A stretch of DNA of 64,000 nucleotides. It comes from Antedon mediterranea (lineage: Eukaryota; Animalia; Echinodermata). How positions within the stretch are numbered: the first letter of the stretch is position 1; every line of letters starts with the position of its first letter. This document shows, piece by piece, positions 25,297 through 38,192 of the stretch. The translations under genes were made by a program, and so were the position numbers. The notes beneath the pieces were generated by a model. That model was given only the letters and a program-made list of their open reading frames with translations, was not told the origin of the DNA and did not search any database. The stretch lies in NCBI RefSeq assembly GCF_964355755.1, contig NC_092677.1, positions 1,200,101 through 1,264,100 on the forward strand. Direction: 5' to 3'.

Positions 25297-26705
25297 ATGC
25301 ATAAAATGGTGCGTAAATGTGTGATAATTCTTTTGGTCTTCCAATTTTGTGATTGTAAGTATAAGAATATCATATAAAGCATTTTTTTTCACAAAAAGGG
25401 GATCACGCTACTGTAAATTAATTGAAAGGGTTACTAAAGTATATCAATTTGTAGGCCTATGTTAATGACATAATAAACAATTTAAAATAAGATACATTAT
25501 TATAATGAAATTGTGTTAAATGGGACAATTACCAATTGTACGCATATCATAAAGATATAAAGTGAAGTATCGGTGCAATGAAATGTGTATGTATTTACAT
25601 TCAGTTACGATTTGTCAGACTGAACCTGTAGTCACACTACAAGATGCTATTGCCGAATTGGGTGGAGATGCAGTCCTCAACTGTCATTACACACTCAGTG
25701 GTAAAAGAATCCTTCTTGGTGTCCAATGGTACAGAAGCAATTCAGCAGGAGATCAGTTGGATTTTCTTGTTAATACTCAGATAAAAAATCAACATGGTAG
25801 ATATACAGTTGTTGCATCCAGAAAATCTGCTCAAATTGGAACAGCTACTCTCACCATTGCAAATACAGTATTGTCTGATGATGGGTACTACCTTTGTAGA
25901 ATCGTTGATACCACCGGTGAACCTGGTGAACATTCTGCAAATCTTGCTGTGTACTGTGAGTATAATTTTGTTTTTTTCAATATAGCAAAAAAAAAACATT
26001 GGTAAAAACAACTCTGAATGGTAGTAATGGACAGAAACTATTAGACAGGTACTGGTTGGTATAAAACAGTTAATATAGCCTACTTTTTAGCGTAGGTTTT
26101 TCTTTAGTTATTATATTCGTTGTAAATGTAAATTTTTGATTTGAAATGCTATTTATTTATTTACCAGATTTCTATAGCGCCCTTTTCATGAAAACTCATG
26201 CTCAAAGGCGCTTCACATCATAAAGACAAACACCATAAGCAATAATTACAAAAGTAACCTCAAATTATACGAAATAAGATTTCTTAAACTAAGTTATAAA
26301 TATTCTTACTGTCCATTAATTAAAATCGCATAAAATAGAAAAATAAAATGAACGATATACAAAATAGGTCGGAATTTCTTAAACTACGATTACAAAAATA
26401 CAATGTATTTACATATTAATTATTATTTAATTTATTTATTTATTTATTTATTTTATTTATTTTTTTTTTTTTTTATAAATTTAATTAAATTGATTAAAAA
26501 TTAAAAATATTATTGCACAATGCAATTGCACTATGTTACCAAGTAAAATTTTATTTATTCAGTTTTTAACAGCCCTACAGTCCCAAATAGTGTGGACGTG
26601 AATGATTCAAAGAACTGTGTTGGAATGGGGTTTCTCGGTTTTTTCTGTGGACTATTTTTGTGTTTCCTGATATGTTGTGGGTGCAAAATAAAGAATGGTG
26701 TGCAG
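25297..26705 (+). CDS. Gene C: single-IgV type-I membrane protein with Cys-rich TM and short tail (3' exons uncertain)
   Basis: Exons 25297-25354 (MHKMVRKCVIILLVFQFCD), 25605-25955 (V: C..VQWYR..GRY..DDGYYLC), 26563-26705 (stalk + TM CVGMGFLGFFCGLFLCFLICCGC-KIK). Candidate last exons: 26882- (NQ*) or 27084-27122 (KSGSDKTARNDK*). Confidence 0.8.
26148..26218 (-). mobile_element. 3' terminal fragment of an L2-like LINE or SINE
   Basis: Minus strand reads tgtgaagcgcctttgagcatg..aaagggcgctatagaaat..(aaat)n, the typical L2-type stem-loop plus short repeat tail. Confidence 0.5.
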
Positions 26706-28019
26706 GTAGGAATAATTTAAATCAGACATTTTAAAAACAGGATCATATTCATAAAACTTATTTTATTTTTAAAAATAATAATAATTTTATTTTGATTTGA
26801 CAATCATGTGGTAGTGTTTACTTTTCTAAAAACTTAATTTTATATTTCTTGTCATTATTTTGTTTAATTATTCACCTTAAGAATCAGTAATAATACTACA
26901 CTGCCTGGTGTAGGCCCACTGCCAAATAAACAATCTGTTCAGTACTGTATAGGTTAATATGTCTATAAATTATATAGGGCGACGTGAATAACATTTATTT
27001 TCCCCATTTCCGAAATGTTATTAGTAAATTATTCAATTAAGTAAATTAATTAACATTAGTATTCATTTTTGTTTATTTTTTAGAAATCAGGAAGTGACAA
27101 AACAGCAAGAAATGATAAATAAATAGATTTCTATTGGACTATGTTAATAAACTGTATATTTGTTATCCAAAAACAGCACAATATTATAACCTTAAATTAT
27201 TTTGGTCATATTGATAACGGATAATAATTATATTATGAGGAAATATGCCTGTTATATCGTTGACGACAAGGTAAAGTAAGGTATACCTATTATAATAAAT
27301 TATTTCCGGGTGTATTTATGGTGTAATTAGGTAAACATGGTTTGATATAAAAATTATAGCATACGACTACTTTCTTTGCCTGGAAACGGCAGTTTATTTT
27401 TGTTTGCTTGGGTTTTATTTTCTAGTGTACAGGCATCAATAACGGGTTAGCAACCAAGAACCATTGTTTTTCTGTACTTGGAAAAGCTAAGAAACATTTA
27501 TTATATAAATGGCATATTGGCCCAAATAATATACAATGTAAATAATATTTTTGAGTACGTATATAAATTCTGTTCTACGTTTAAATGAAAAAAAAAATGT
27601 TCCAAGCTTAGTAATGAGATCAGTATTTGTAGTAGACATAAGATAAATTAATTTTAATTTAGATGAGTAATTTGTATAAAAAGAAAACATATATTTAGGC
27701 CCTAGTTCCAATATCTATATTGATTGTAGTGAACTTCAATTCAATTTCTAATTCTAAATCCCTTGTCTTAGTTTAGTCATAATGTGTTATTATTCAATTA
27801 CAAAATTATATTTAAGGCGTGTGTAATATTGGAGCTTAGAGTTTAACCTAGTATCTTCATAGAATTGTTGACGTTCAATATCGGTAATTTAATAAAATTG
27901 GAAATAAAATTATACATTATATTCTTGACCTGTTGTGAATGCCATATGTTACCAAATCCATTTATGCATAATATTTGTTTACGTCATTGGCCCAACATTG
28001 CTCATTCCGTTGGGCTTTT

Positions 28020-28230
28020 TTATATCGAAAGTCATAAATTTGTTTAATGAATTTGTCATTATCCATTTGGATTACTCTCAGCCAGTAACGAAGTACATTA
28101 ATGATACTTGGAATTCTAATAAGTTTCCACTTTCTCTTCTCACTGCAACACTTGGCGCAGAATTAACTATTTCTAAAATATATTTACAGACTTTTAAGTG
28201 AGCTTTCTCTCAAATTGATATATCATTTAA
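28020..28230 (-). mobile_element. Old LINE ORF2 C-terminal fragment (RTE/RTEX-like)
   Basis: Minus-strand frameshifted peptides EKAHLKVCKYILEIVNSAPSVAVRRE and VLRYWLRVIQMDNDKFIKQIY resemble the post-RT region of non-LTR elements. Confidence 0.5.
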
Positions 28231-29023
28231 CCCCTATATTTCATAATGTAAAATTGGCATAATCTTTCTCAGTAATCCTTAATTCTGTCGTTTAATTAAT
28301 ACCTGTATTAAGAAAATAGCAAAAACTTACGTTTCTGTATCAGGCTTTATTTCCAGAAGCAAATCCGATTGATTTATCCACAGGTCCAAATCAAAATAAT
28401 ATACGTATACCAAATGGATAAGAAGTTCAAACAATACAGCAACAGCCAATCTTGTAGCTCAGTTAAATCCAATAACAAAAATAATCGTAAAATTGTCGAT
28501 AAATTCAAATGCATAGACAGACAAAAACTGGTTAACAATCCAAGAATTAATCGTATACGCACTCTGGTTTTTTAATTGGCGTGTATAATATTATAAACTT
28601 AACATACTGACTAAAAAATCTACCGTGTTTGTCCTCAATCGGACTACTACTGAAAAATTGTAAATCAAGTTCCTGTGGTAGATTCCTGTTTATGCAAATT
28701 AGTGTAGTTTAAATACCATACAGATGTCAACAGGCGTGTTCTGTAGATATTTCACCAAAAATAATTGTATGTAAAGATCTAAAAGAAGTTGTAGTTTGTT
28801 TTTTTTTTTTTTCGTTTTATTGGGTTTTTTAAAGATGTTCTCAAATGTCTCAAACTGAGTGATAAATTTGAATTATAATTTTCTTTTAAATAATACATAT
28901 TCTTGTCATGTTTCTGATTGCACAAGTGAGAAAAGTGGTTACTACGCAAAATTAACAAAAGTTATCGCAGAACACCTTAATTCGCTGTAAACATATCATT
29001 TATCTCGATCGATCTCATAGGGG

Positions 29024-29251
29024 TTTTTAGTCGCGTGGACGCGACTCTATAGTTCACTATGTCGGTCAGTCGGTCTGTCTGTCGGTCCGGTATCACTATG
29101 CGTTTTATCGCTTTTCTGTACTTTTTGAACTGTTTTGATGTACAGACAAGTTTTAGTCGCGTGGACGCGACTCTATAGTTCACTATGTCGGTCGGTCGGT
29201 CTGTCTGTCTGTCGGTCCGATAGCACGCGACTTATGGCTGTTGGCCTTGTT
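29024..29251 (+). mobile_element. Short Helentron-associated (HINE/DINE-1-like) element with duplicated 5' module
   Basis: ttttagtcgcgtggacgcgactctatagttcactatgtcggtc + (GTCG/GTCT)n occurs twice (29025, 29151); ends agcacgcgac..ggccttgtt in T-rich target; same family as 42238-42961 and 62650-63271. Confidence 0.7.
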
Positions 29252-29354
29252 TTTAAATAATGTTGTTATAATTTTTTATGAAAGCCTATTTTGTAATGGT
29301 GCCGAGGAAAACAACCCGTGCGTTATGAAAACATACACTTTGTATTTTTACATA

Positions 29355-29607
29355 ATAGATTTCATAAAAGTATCTACAGGGACCAACTTAAAAAATTTTA
29401 GTAAATTCAAAAGTTTGTACGAGGACCTAATGTTAGGCTATTGTATAGGCATATATATATATATATTTGGAAATAGTCATATAGATTTCATAAAAGTATC
29501 TACAGGGACCAACTTCAAACATTTTAGTAAATTCAAAAGTTTGTACGAGGACCTAATGTTAGGCTATTGTATAGGCATATATATATATATATTTGGAAAT
29601 AGTCATA
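29355..29607. repeat. 126-bp direct tandem duplication
   Basis: atagatttcataaaagtatctacagggaccaactt... starts at 29355 and 29481, nearly identical. Confidence 0.9.
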
Positions 29608-30205
29608 AAGCTTTCGAGCATTTTAATTTCTTTATGTTGCGTTGGACTATAATTGTTACGGTGACCTTGCAAATATGACTTGTATTGTTCGAACAAGATT
29701 AAGCGCATTCCAACAAACTTTGTTGATTTACTCTGTACTGTCTACCTTGTTGAGGTAGAAAATAAACGGATAAAAACATTGTAATATTGATAAAAAGGTT
29801 TGGAAATTGATTTCTGTATACGTGACCCTATTAAGATATCGATGTTTAGATCTTTATTTATTTAAACTCAATACGCCTCGGATCAATAGTAAGCCAAAGT
29901 ACCATTGTATGGCAAGGTATTGTAGGTCTACTATTACTGTATGTACAGTATGTGTGCTGTGAATAGATTGACCATTTTTAATAGATAACACATGATAGGC
30001 TTACCTATTTTCAAGAAAAGTAAACTTAAAATGCACAGTTTTGTTTATCAATTTATTTTGTGCAATTAAAAAAAAAATGTTTTCAGCCTTGAATAAATAC
30101 AACATGCAAATACACACCGATATAAAAATACTGTACAAAAACTATTCATACTCTAATATGTTAGGCTAATATTCTAAAAATAACAATTATTATATTTTTT
30201 ATGCA

Positions 30206-31673
30206 TCTATATATAAATTTACGTAAGGGCAACATTTGGTAAATCGCGCGTTATTTCCAGAATGTTTACTCGATGGTATATAAAGTTGGTTCGTACTTTC
30301 GGTACTGATTTTAACCACCTGATGTAACCCTGTTTACTAATTAAATTGAGTTAGATTAATTAGTTATTGACGATTAAAACGAATTTAGGTTCAATGATTT
30401 GCCCCAAATAGGGGTGTTTTTCGATCGTGGTATACACTGTCTAATGGATGTCCGTCTTGAAAAATACCCACAGACAATAATACGAGGATGCTTCGCATTT
30501 TCCTATCTCCTCCTACGATAATTGTTTGTAATGGCTGAAAACCGGTTGAACAGCTCGAGTACAGCATCATAATGTTGAAGACAGGCCGCTTTTCTTTAAA
30601 AAATACTATTTTGATAGATTTAATATACGTTTATACAAATGTATTGATTTGCGATGAATGGAACATTCCAATCTCTGTTCCACAAGTGTCTATTCCCTCA
30701 GGCGTCGTAAAGGCAAGTACTGTATACCATGGAGAAGATTTCTCCATGTGTATACTCATAACAGAAATTCGATCCATTTTTTTTCAATCTGTGCTGCAGA
30801 GGTTGGATATAATTTTTTTTAACGGATAATGAGCTAGCGTTTTCAGTCGCCGTATATTATGTACAAATCTTTATTATTGCATTTAAACCACCCACATCAT
30901 CACCCTTCCCTCACGGGCATGAGTAGCGTTGTAAAGCCAGTAGAGGATAGGCCTACGGTGCATCAAATCCCCTAAACGCAGAACAACTTTGGTGGGTAGG
31001 GTAGGAACCAACTTAAGTATGAATTGGCTCTAAGAAACAATTGAAAACCATCAGGCCTACTAATAAAGTTGAGTTAGATAATTTTTATTGACGATTAAAT
31101 CGATTTTATGATTTTCCCCGAATAGAGGTGGTTTTCACAAATTGTTTTACATTATATAAACATACACGTCGTAGTGATGTATCGTTACATGTACTGTACT
31201 ATTTCAATCGACTAGGACGGTGATAGTTTCAACAAAGTATTACATAATAGCAATGTTTTACTGTGTTTAGTGATATATTATTTCTAAAACATGAAAACAA
31301 TTAATATTTCGTTACTAAATGGATAAAGAATATATTTAATATATTTAAAAATTGTTCCTCTTTGCACCCATCCTCTTCCCCATCCCTCACCCCTAATGTT
31401 ACATACAAAACACAAATTAAGTTTGTTTAAATTTGACTTAAACAATTGGTCTCATTTTGTGACAAGTTTCTCTTTCGGAAGTAATTCTCAGGGTGCTAAT
31501 TTTAGTTTAGAGTACATAAATCAGTGTCTATTTATTCGTTCCTGTAAACGACATGTATTATTGTACGTACATTTGAAATCGCCAGTTTTTTAACGCTGAA
31601 ATTATTATGTATTCGAGAACCTTCTGTGGGCACGACCTAGATGGTACGCGAGCGAAGCGAGCGTACCATTTAG
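30206..31673 (+). mobile_element. Non-autonomous Helitron, copy 1
   Basis: Begins A|TCtatatataaa, ends with palindrome atggtacgcgagcgaagcgagcgtaccat + TTAG|T, no TSD; both ends match the inverted copy at 36357-38192. Confidence 0.75.
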
Positions 31674-31762
31674 TATTTACAATTTATTTATTATTTCTGA
31701 ATTCAATATATGATGTAGCATACTTGTTCAAGAACTTAGTGTAAACATGAGGTATATTGCTT

Positions 31763-33150
31763 ATTAGATATCCGCATTCAGCGGATAACTCCTTGTAATT
31801 GTATGAAATCATCTTTTTTTTTTAGTTATCCGCGTTCAGCAGATAATTAGTTATCCGCATTCAGCGGATAACTCCTTGTTTGTCCTGTTTCATCTTTTTT
31901 TTTCTGTATTCTTCTTTCTTTCTGTCATTTTTGTGCCGAGCGTATCTGTAAAACGTGTAAAATTAACATTTCATAACTTTGTCAGCATATGAGCATTTAC
32001 GTGAAGTTGTGCTTTCCTATTTTTTAATGACGTCAGAGTTGCGCAACATGACTTACGCGCGTTTTAACGAATTTCGCGTATTTAACATAGATCAAAAACC
32101 ATATAACAATTTAACTTGAAACTTAACAAAAGTTTAATTTAGAACTTGGGCTAACTGACTGTGGAAAAAAATGGCATGTTTCACACGAAGTTACGCGCAC
32201 ACGCGCACTTAAAATTTCGAAATGCAAAATATCAATTTCTAATCAACTTTCTACGCGTTTCATGTCATTTTGAGCATGTTAAAAATTCCCACGTGCGCGC
32301 ATATTTTTACGCGCGCGGTGCGCACGTAGCGTTGAAAACAATTTTTTTTCGCGTGATTTATGTTTTTCCAGCCTTTTCTAGTAATTTTACCAACTTTTAA
32401 GCCATTTCGACTTAAAATTACGTCATACGGGCACGTCGAATTGAATAATTTACGTGCGTTTTTGATGAAAAAGTTCAAAAATTCCTCAAAATTTGTCAAA
32501 ATTGTACCTTTTTTTAAACAGTTGTAGTTTCTAAACTAAACGGTGAAAGTTATTGTTATTACATATTCTGGAAGTAGATGGCCACGCGAATATAAAATAT
32601 AGGATTTTTGTATCTTTCATCATAGCTCATCACATTTAATAGAGCGCATCTCCAATTACCTGTTTTTCATTTTCACCCTGATTTTTATATTATCTAGGTC
32701 AATCAACTATCTTTCACATGAGTTAAAAATATTTTAATTTTTATGACGCCATCATGTCTAAAAATGAAAATAACGTGGGTTACTTATTTTCATCTCTACA
32801 GTAAATTTCAATCTGTTATAGCTCGTCAGAATAAAACGTGATAATCATGATTAAAACGTTTTCTGGAAGCTATTGGATTGTAGATACGAATTCATGTAAG
32901 CATTGTGCCAATCTGATCTTGTGACGTCATCATAGGACCAGTTGAATAAAAAAAGTTTTATTTTCATATTGCGTAATAGTTCATCACATTTAAAAGGACT
33001 CTAAGATGTCTTTCATGCTTGACATACTGTTCTTATTGTTACCACTACACATCTCTGTGAATGCTCTGTTTTTTTTTATATATACAATCATTTATTATGC
33101 GAGACACAGGCGCGGATAGGAGAGCATTGCAATTATTGAATTCCATAAAA
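31763..33150 (+). mobile_element. Probable Helentron-associated non-autonomous element (second family)
   Basis: Repeated 5' hairpin tagttatccgcattcagcggataactccttgt (31763, 31823, 31848), CT-rich tract, CpG-rich body, and gcggata motif again at about 33112 near the 3' end. Boundaries approximate. Confidence 0.5.
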
Positions 33151-33246
33151 GAAGTTTAAGTAGTCTCAGTTTTAAAGCCGTCTAATAAACGTCACGTGAT
33201 ATTCTATTTTGTCGATAGGTGGCGGTATAAATTACGCAATATTTGA

Positions 33247-33569
33247 CTGCATGACGATTGGTGTGTACTGCATGACGATTGGTGTGTACTGCATGACGAT
33301 TGGTGTGTACTGCATGACGATTGGTGTGTACTGCATGACGATTGGTGTGTACTGCATGATGTTTGGTGTGTACTGCATGACGATTGGTGTGTACTGCATG
33401 GTGTTTAGTATGTACTGCATGACGTTTGGTGTGTACTGCATGACGATTGGTGTGTACTGCATGACGATTGGTGTGTACTGCATGACGATTGGTGTGTACT
33501 GCATGACCATTGGTGTGTACTGCATGACGATTGGTGTGTACTGCATGACGATTGGTGTGTACTGCATGA
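33247..33569. repeat. 21-bp minisatellite (actgcatgacgattggtgtgt)n, about 15 copies
   Basis: Direct tandem repeats without spacers. Confidence 0.95.
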
Positions 33570-33817
33570 TAAATGTGAACTGAAGGCAGAGGACGCGTTC
33601 GATATTACAAATGCACAGCAAATAATGTCTAACGCTGGAAAGTCATACTACTACTACAAACCTTAAAAAAAGATGAATTGTAAAATTAAGAAAAAATCTA
33701 ATTAAAAATAATATTTAATATAAATATGTTAACTTACATTACTTTTCTGAAGATCTTTACTAATACCCAAACCTGATTTCTCATCACTGGTTTTCAAAGG
33801 TTGACGTGTTGCCTTAC

Positions 33818-35460
33818 CACTCATCTCCACATCAGCAGGATGGCCAGTATAAGCAAGACTGCAAGAACATACATATCAAAGTGAATTGCACTATTATTTT
33901 TAATTTTCTTATGCAATGATTATCAAATTTATTTATTATATTATGTGAGGGAGTGTGGTGCAGTGTGTCGGATGTAGGAATACTGATCGTGAGATCGTGG
34001 TTCGAATCCAACTCTCGTCGCATTGCTTGTATCCTTAGGCAAGATACTTTACTTACATTTGCCTTTCTCCACCCAGGTGAATAAAATGGTACAGTTAGAT
34101 CAAGACACAACTTTGCGCTGATTACCAGCTTTATGGAAGTATATTTCCATACGTGTTTGATCAAAAATGACCGGGATAATAATGTGAAGCACTGCATTGA
34201 GAGCTTGCTTATATGGGCTATATAAGAATGAACTATATATTATTATAACTAGATAGTAAAAAGATGAACAAAATACAATGAGGCATTATATACTTACTTT
34301 CCTGGTACCTTTTTCTTCCCTGTAATTTAAAAAATGAAATAGCCAAAGTTAACAACCACAATACTGTGGTCTGTAACATTGTGTAGAAGTGTTTTTAACA
34401 TAGCTTTATGGAAAGTACTGAGGAGTTCAACTCAAGTAGACTTCATCATACCTTACTTTTACTAATTTACCAATAACAATTAAAAGTGTTCAAAATTAAA
34501 GGAGGTTTTTAAGAACATACGATTTGACATTTAACAATATTTAGTAAATTGGTTCCCAATTTTATAATTGAATGCACAGGCATGTGTTGTGTGTGATGCA
34601 CAGGCATGTGTTGTGTGTGATGCACAGGCATGTGTTGTGTGTGATGCACAGGCATGTGTTGTGTGTGATGCACAGGCATGTGTTGTGTGTGATGCACAGG
34701 CATGTGTTGTGTGTGATGCACAGGCATGTGTTGTGTGTGATGCACAGGCATGTGTTGTGTGTGATGCACAGGCATGTGTTGTGTGTAATGCACAGGCATG
34801 TGTTGTGTGTGATGCACAGGCATGTGTTGTGTGTGATGCACAGGCATGTGTTGTGTGTGATGCACAGGCATGTGTTGTGTGTGATGCACAGGCATGTGTT
34901 GTGTGTGATGCACAGGCATGTGTTGTGTGTGATGCACAGGCATGTGTTGTGTGTGATGCACAGGCATGTGTTGTGTGTGATGCACAGGCATGTGTTGTGT
35001 GTGATGCACAGGCATGTGTTGTGTGTGATGCACAGGCATGTGTTGTGTGTGATGCACAGGCATGTGTTGTGTGTGTGTTAGCCTCTATGTTTTATAGTGT
35101 GTAGTATAGCTTCAAATATATATATATTTATATACTGCTGTTTGTTTTGTTTCCTTTCATTATTTTGCTCAATTGTTACATTGTTTTATTTTGGATGCAC
35201 CACTAACGACAGTGTGTGTCACTGATAAAAAAGTGATGACCAATAAATAAATAGCAATAAATGATACTGGTACCAATAATAAACGTTGTACTTTCTTCAT
35301 TGATCCAAGTATTTATATTCATCTGCATCTAATTAGTGGCTATATAACATATTAATTAACTTACTTTTCTTGCAGTATAGCACAGCTACAACAATTACAA
35401 CAATAACTACAATGACAGCAATGATCACTCCTGCAATCAGACCACCATTCGATCCTTTTT
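33818..35460 (-). CDS. Partial minus-strand gene: TM exon plus two cytoplasmic exons of an unrelated single-pass receptor
   Basis: AG/GT exons 35460-35365 (KGSNGGLIAGVIIAVIVVIVVIVVAVLYCKK), 34319-34298 (RKKKVPG), 33858-33818 (NLAYTGHPADVEMS); phases 1-1, 1-2 and 2-1 chain correctly. No ectodomain exons found. Confidence 0.7.
33944..34248 (+). mobile_element. tRNA-derived SINE with CORE-like central domain and L2-like tail
   Basis: A-box-like tggtgcagtgtg, B box ggttcgaatcc (33999-34009), gtatccttaggcaagatacttt..ctccacccaggtgaataaaatgg, 3' ggctatataag..(tat)n. Confidence 0.75.
34571..35078. repeat. 24-bp minisatellite (gatgcacaggcatgtgttgtgtgt)n, about 21 near-perfect copies
   Basis: Direct tandem repeats; explains the 8-aa periodic ORFs. 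Confidence 0.95.
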
Positions 35461-36356
35461 CTAAAGGTCATAATTAATGTTTGTGGGTCATTCTTCATTA
35501 AGTGTCTAATTTCAGGTTTATAAAAAATCGATTTTAAAATTTGCATTTTTTAAATTTTAAAAGTTTATTCAGATAAATGAACATGTATTACATGGCAAGC
35601 GTATGTTTGGCGCAATCTTTATTATATATTTCGTATTTTATTCGTATTTATAAATACATGGTTCTATGTTACTGTCATTTCCGTCACATTTATGGAATAT
35701 ACAAAGATAGAAAAAATAACGGTTTAGGAATTATAAAATTATTTCCATTATTAATTCTTTGATACTATATATTATTTTTGTCTCTATTCATCAACAAATG
35801 ATTGTTTTAACATTTATTAGTATGATGTTATACGTTCAAAACCATTTACTATTCCAAAAAATAATAATTTTCAGAAAATAGTATGACTGTCACTGATGTT
35901 TTACAAAATTCTGTTGAACTAATATTACTATCCATTGACATAGTAGAAGAATATTGTTTATATTTCAATATACCACATAATTGCGTTCATTACTTAAATA
36001 TTTTAGGATTTAAAAGGATAAAATATCCATGTGACGGAGATGAAACCGTGACGGATATGACGAACTTAAAAATCATGTGACGGAGATGACTTTAAGATAT
36101 GATTTGATTATGTTTATTGACCAGAGTCACATAGATATACAATGTAATAACATAATAAAGTTCACGGGCCGTCATCTCCGTCACAACGAAACATTGGGAA
36201 ATGTGACAGAGCTGACCGTGACGGAGATGAGGTATTTAGCATTGGACAGCCTAGGATCACATCGTAGGCATGTCTGACAGCGGAGACGGATTGCATACTT
36301 CTAGATACCATGAATAGCTTGTACTTCCGGTTGAAAAGAACCAGAAATTATAATTA

Positions 36357-38192
36357 CTAGATGGTACGCTCGCGTACCATCTAGGTCGTGCCCACAGATG
36401 GTTCTCGAATACACAGTAATTTCAGCGTAACAAAACTGGCGATTTCAAATGTACGTACCGCAGGACTATAATACATTGTCGTTTACAGAAACGAATAAAT
36501 AGACACGATGATTTATGTAGTCAACTAAAATTAGCACCCTGGGAATTACTTCCGAAGGAAAAACTTACCACAAAATGAGTCCAAATTTTTGAATTTGTGT
36601 TTTGTATGTAACTTTGGGGTTGAGGGATGGGAAAGCGGATAGGTACAAAGAGGAACAATTTTTTAATATATTCTTTATCCACTCAGTAACGAAATATTTT
36701 TTTCATGTTTTATAGGCCTATAAATAATATACCTCTAAATACAGTAAAAAATTTGTCAGTATAAAGTTTATTTGTATATCTAACAGTAGAGCCTATACAC
36801 AACTTCAGTAATAAAGTTTATTTGTATATTTTTATATTACATCTAACAGTACGAACATTCACAGTAAGAAATGCTCGTTTCAAATGAGGACAAAAAATAG
36901 TTAATAGGTATTTACAGTATTGTCAAAGTATTGCAAGTTTATTCTCAAAGGGCCCATATATTTACCTACCATATGTGTTAAACCAAGGGCTCATAAATTT
37001 ACCTACTTGTGTTAAACCAAACTCTGGCAGACTGAGAGATTGGGATGTTCCATTCATCGCAAATCAATGTTTGTTGTTGCTAACGTTTTCCGTCTTCCGA
37101 CATTACGCTTTCCACAATTTGTTTCCATTTTTTTCTGTTTATGGCAGGATGGTTTGTTGTTGTGTTAGTGTCTACTAGTCCTTGTAAGTCTTTCTTTATT
37201 TGATTCATCCAGTTATTTCTTGGTCTTCCTACGGGTCGTTTTACTTTCCTGTTAGTTTCCTTCATTGTTTGTTTGATTGGGGTATCATCCGGTAATCTAA
37301 TTATGTGTCCATACCATTTTAGTCTCCTTCGTTTAATTCTTTTACTCCATTCTTCTTGTTTTGTTATCTCGTATATTTTCGTGTTACACACTCTATCTGT
37401 TAATTTAATATCTATCATCTTTCGCAACATTTTGCTGTGATATATATCTATACTCTCTTGTAATTTTTAGTTTAGTACCCAGAGTTCACTGTTATATAAG
37501 AAAATACTTGCTATGTATGCGTCAAACAAACGGGATTTCACGTCTATAGACATCGTTTTGTGAGAAATTAGCAGAATTTAATCTAAAGATAAACGAAAGT
37601 AAAACAGAAGAATACCTAATAGGAAGAAACACCGATAGTAAATGGGAAGAATGCAAATACCTCGGTAGTAACTTGGACACAGAAAAAGACATTAAAAGAA
37701 GAAAATCACTAGTAGCTAGCTATGGCATATAACAAGCTGAAGTCGTCGCAAATCAATACATTTGTATAATCGTATATTAAATCTATCAAAATAGTATTTT
37801 TTAAAGAAAATCGGCCTGTCTTCAACATTATGATGCTGTACTCTAGCTGTTCAACCGTTTTTCAGCTATTAAAAACAATTATCGTAGGAGGAGATAGGAA
37901 AATGCGAAGCCTCCTCGCATTTTTGTGGCGGGTATTTTTCAAGATGAACATCCATTAGACAGTGTATACCACGATCGGAAAACACCCCTATTTTGGGCAA
38001 ATCGTTGAACATAAATTCGTTTTAATCGTCAATAACTAATTATCTAACTTAATTTAATTAGTAAACAGGGTTACATCAGGTGGTTAAAATCAGTACCGAA
38101 AGTACAAACCAACTTGATATACCATCGAGTAAAAATTCTAGAAGTAAGGCGCGATTTACCGAATTTTGTCCTTACGTAAATTTATATATAGA
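36357..38192 (-). mobile_element. Non-autonomous Helitron, copy 2 (inverted), carrying an RTE insertion
   Basis: Minus strand starts A|TCtatatataaa at 38192 and ends palindrome + CTAG|T at 36357; 37746-38192 matches 30206-30655 and 36357-36750 matches 31255-31673. Confidence 0.78.
37069..37745 (-). mobile_element. 5'-truncated, 5'-inverted RTE-clade LINE
   Basis: Minus ORF 37080-37430 (RRRLKWYGHIIRLPDDTP..RPVGRPRNNW), (caa)n tail, + strand piece 37566-37740 (LKINESKTE..CKYLGSNL), 12-bp TSD TCGCAAATCAAT at 37057-37068 and 37746-37757. Confidence 0.85.

Noticed and set aside
28374-28562. Hydrophobic 62-aa minus-strand ORF as leader or TM exon
   Set aside because: Non-ATG start, no phase-consistent link to other exons, adjacent to decayed LINE sequence.
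33944-34020. tRNA gene
   Set aside because: B box present but no convincing cloverleaf; it continues into SINE body and tail.
33209-35104. Long periodic ORFs and CRISPR-like appearance of the 21- and 24-bp arrays
   Set aside because: Head-to-tail repeats without unique spacers, open in several frames on both strands; no cas genes; eukaryotic context. They are minisatellites.
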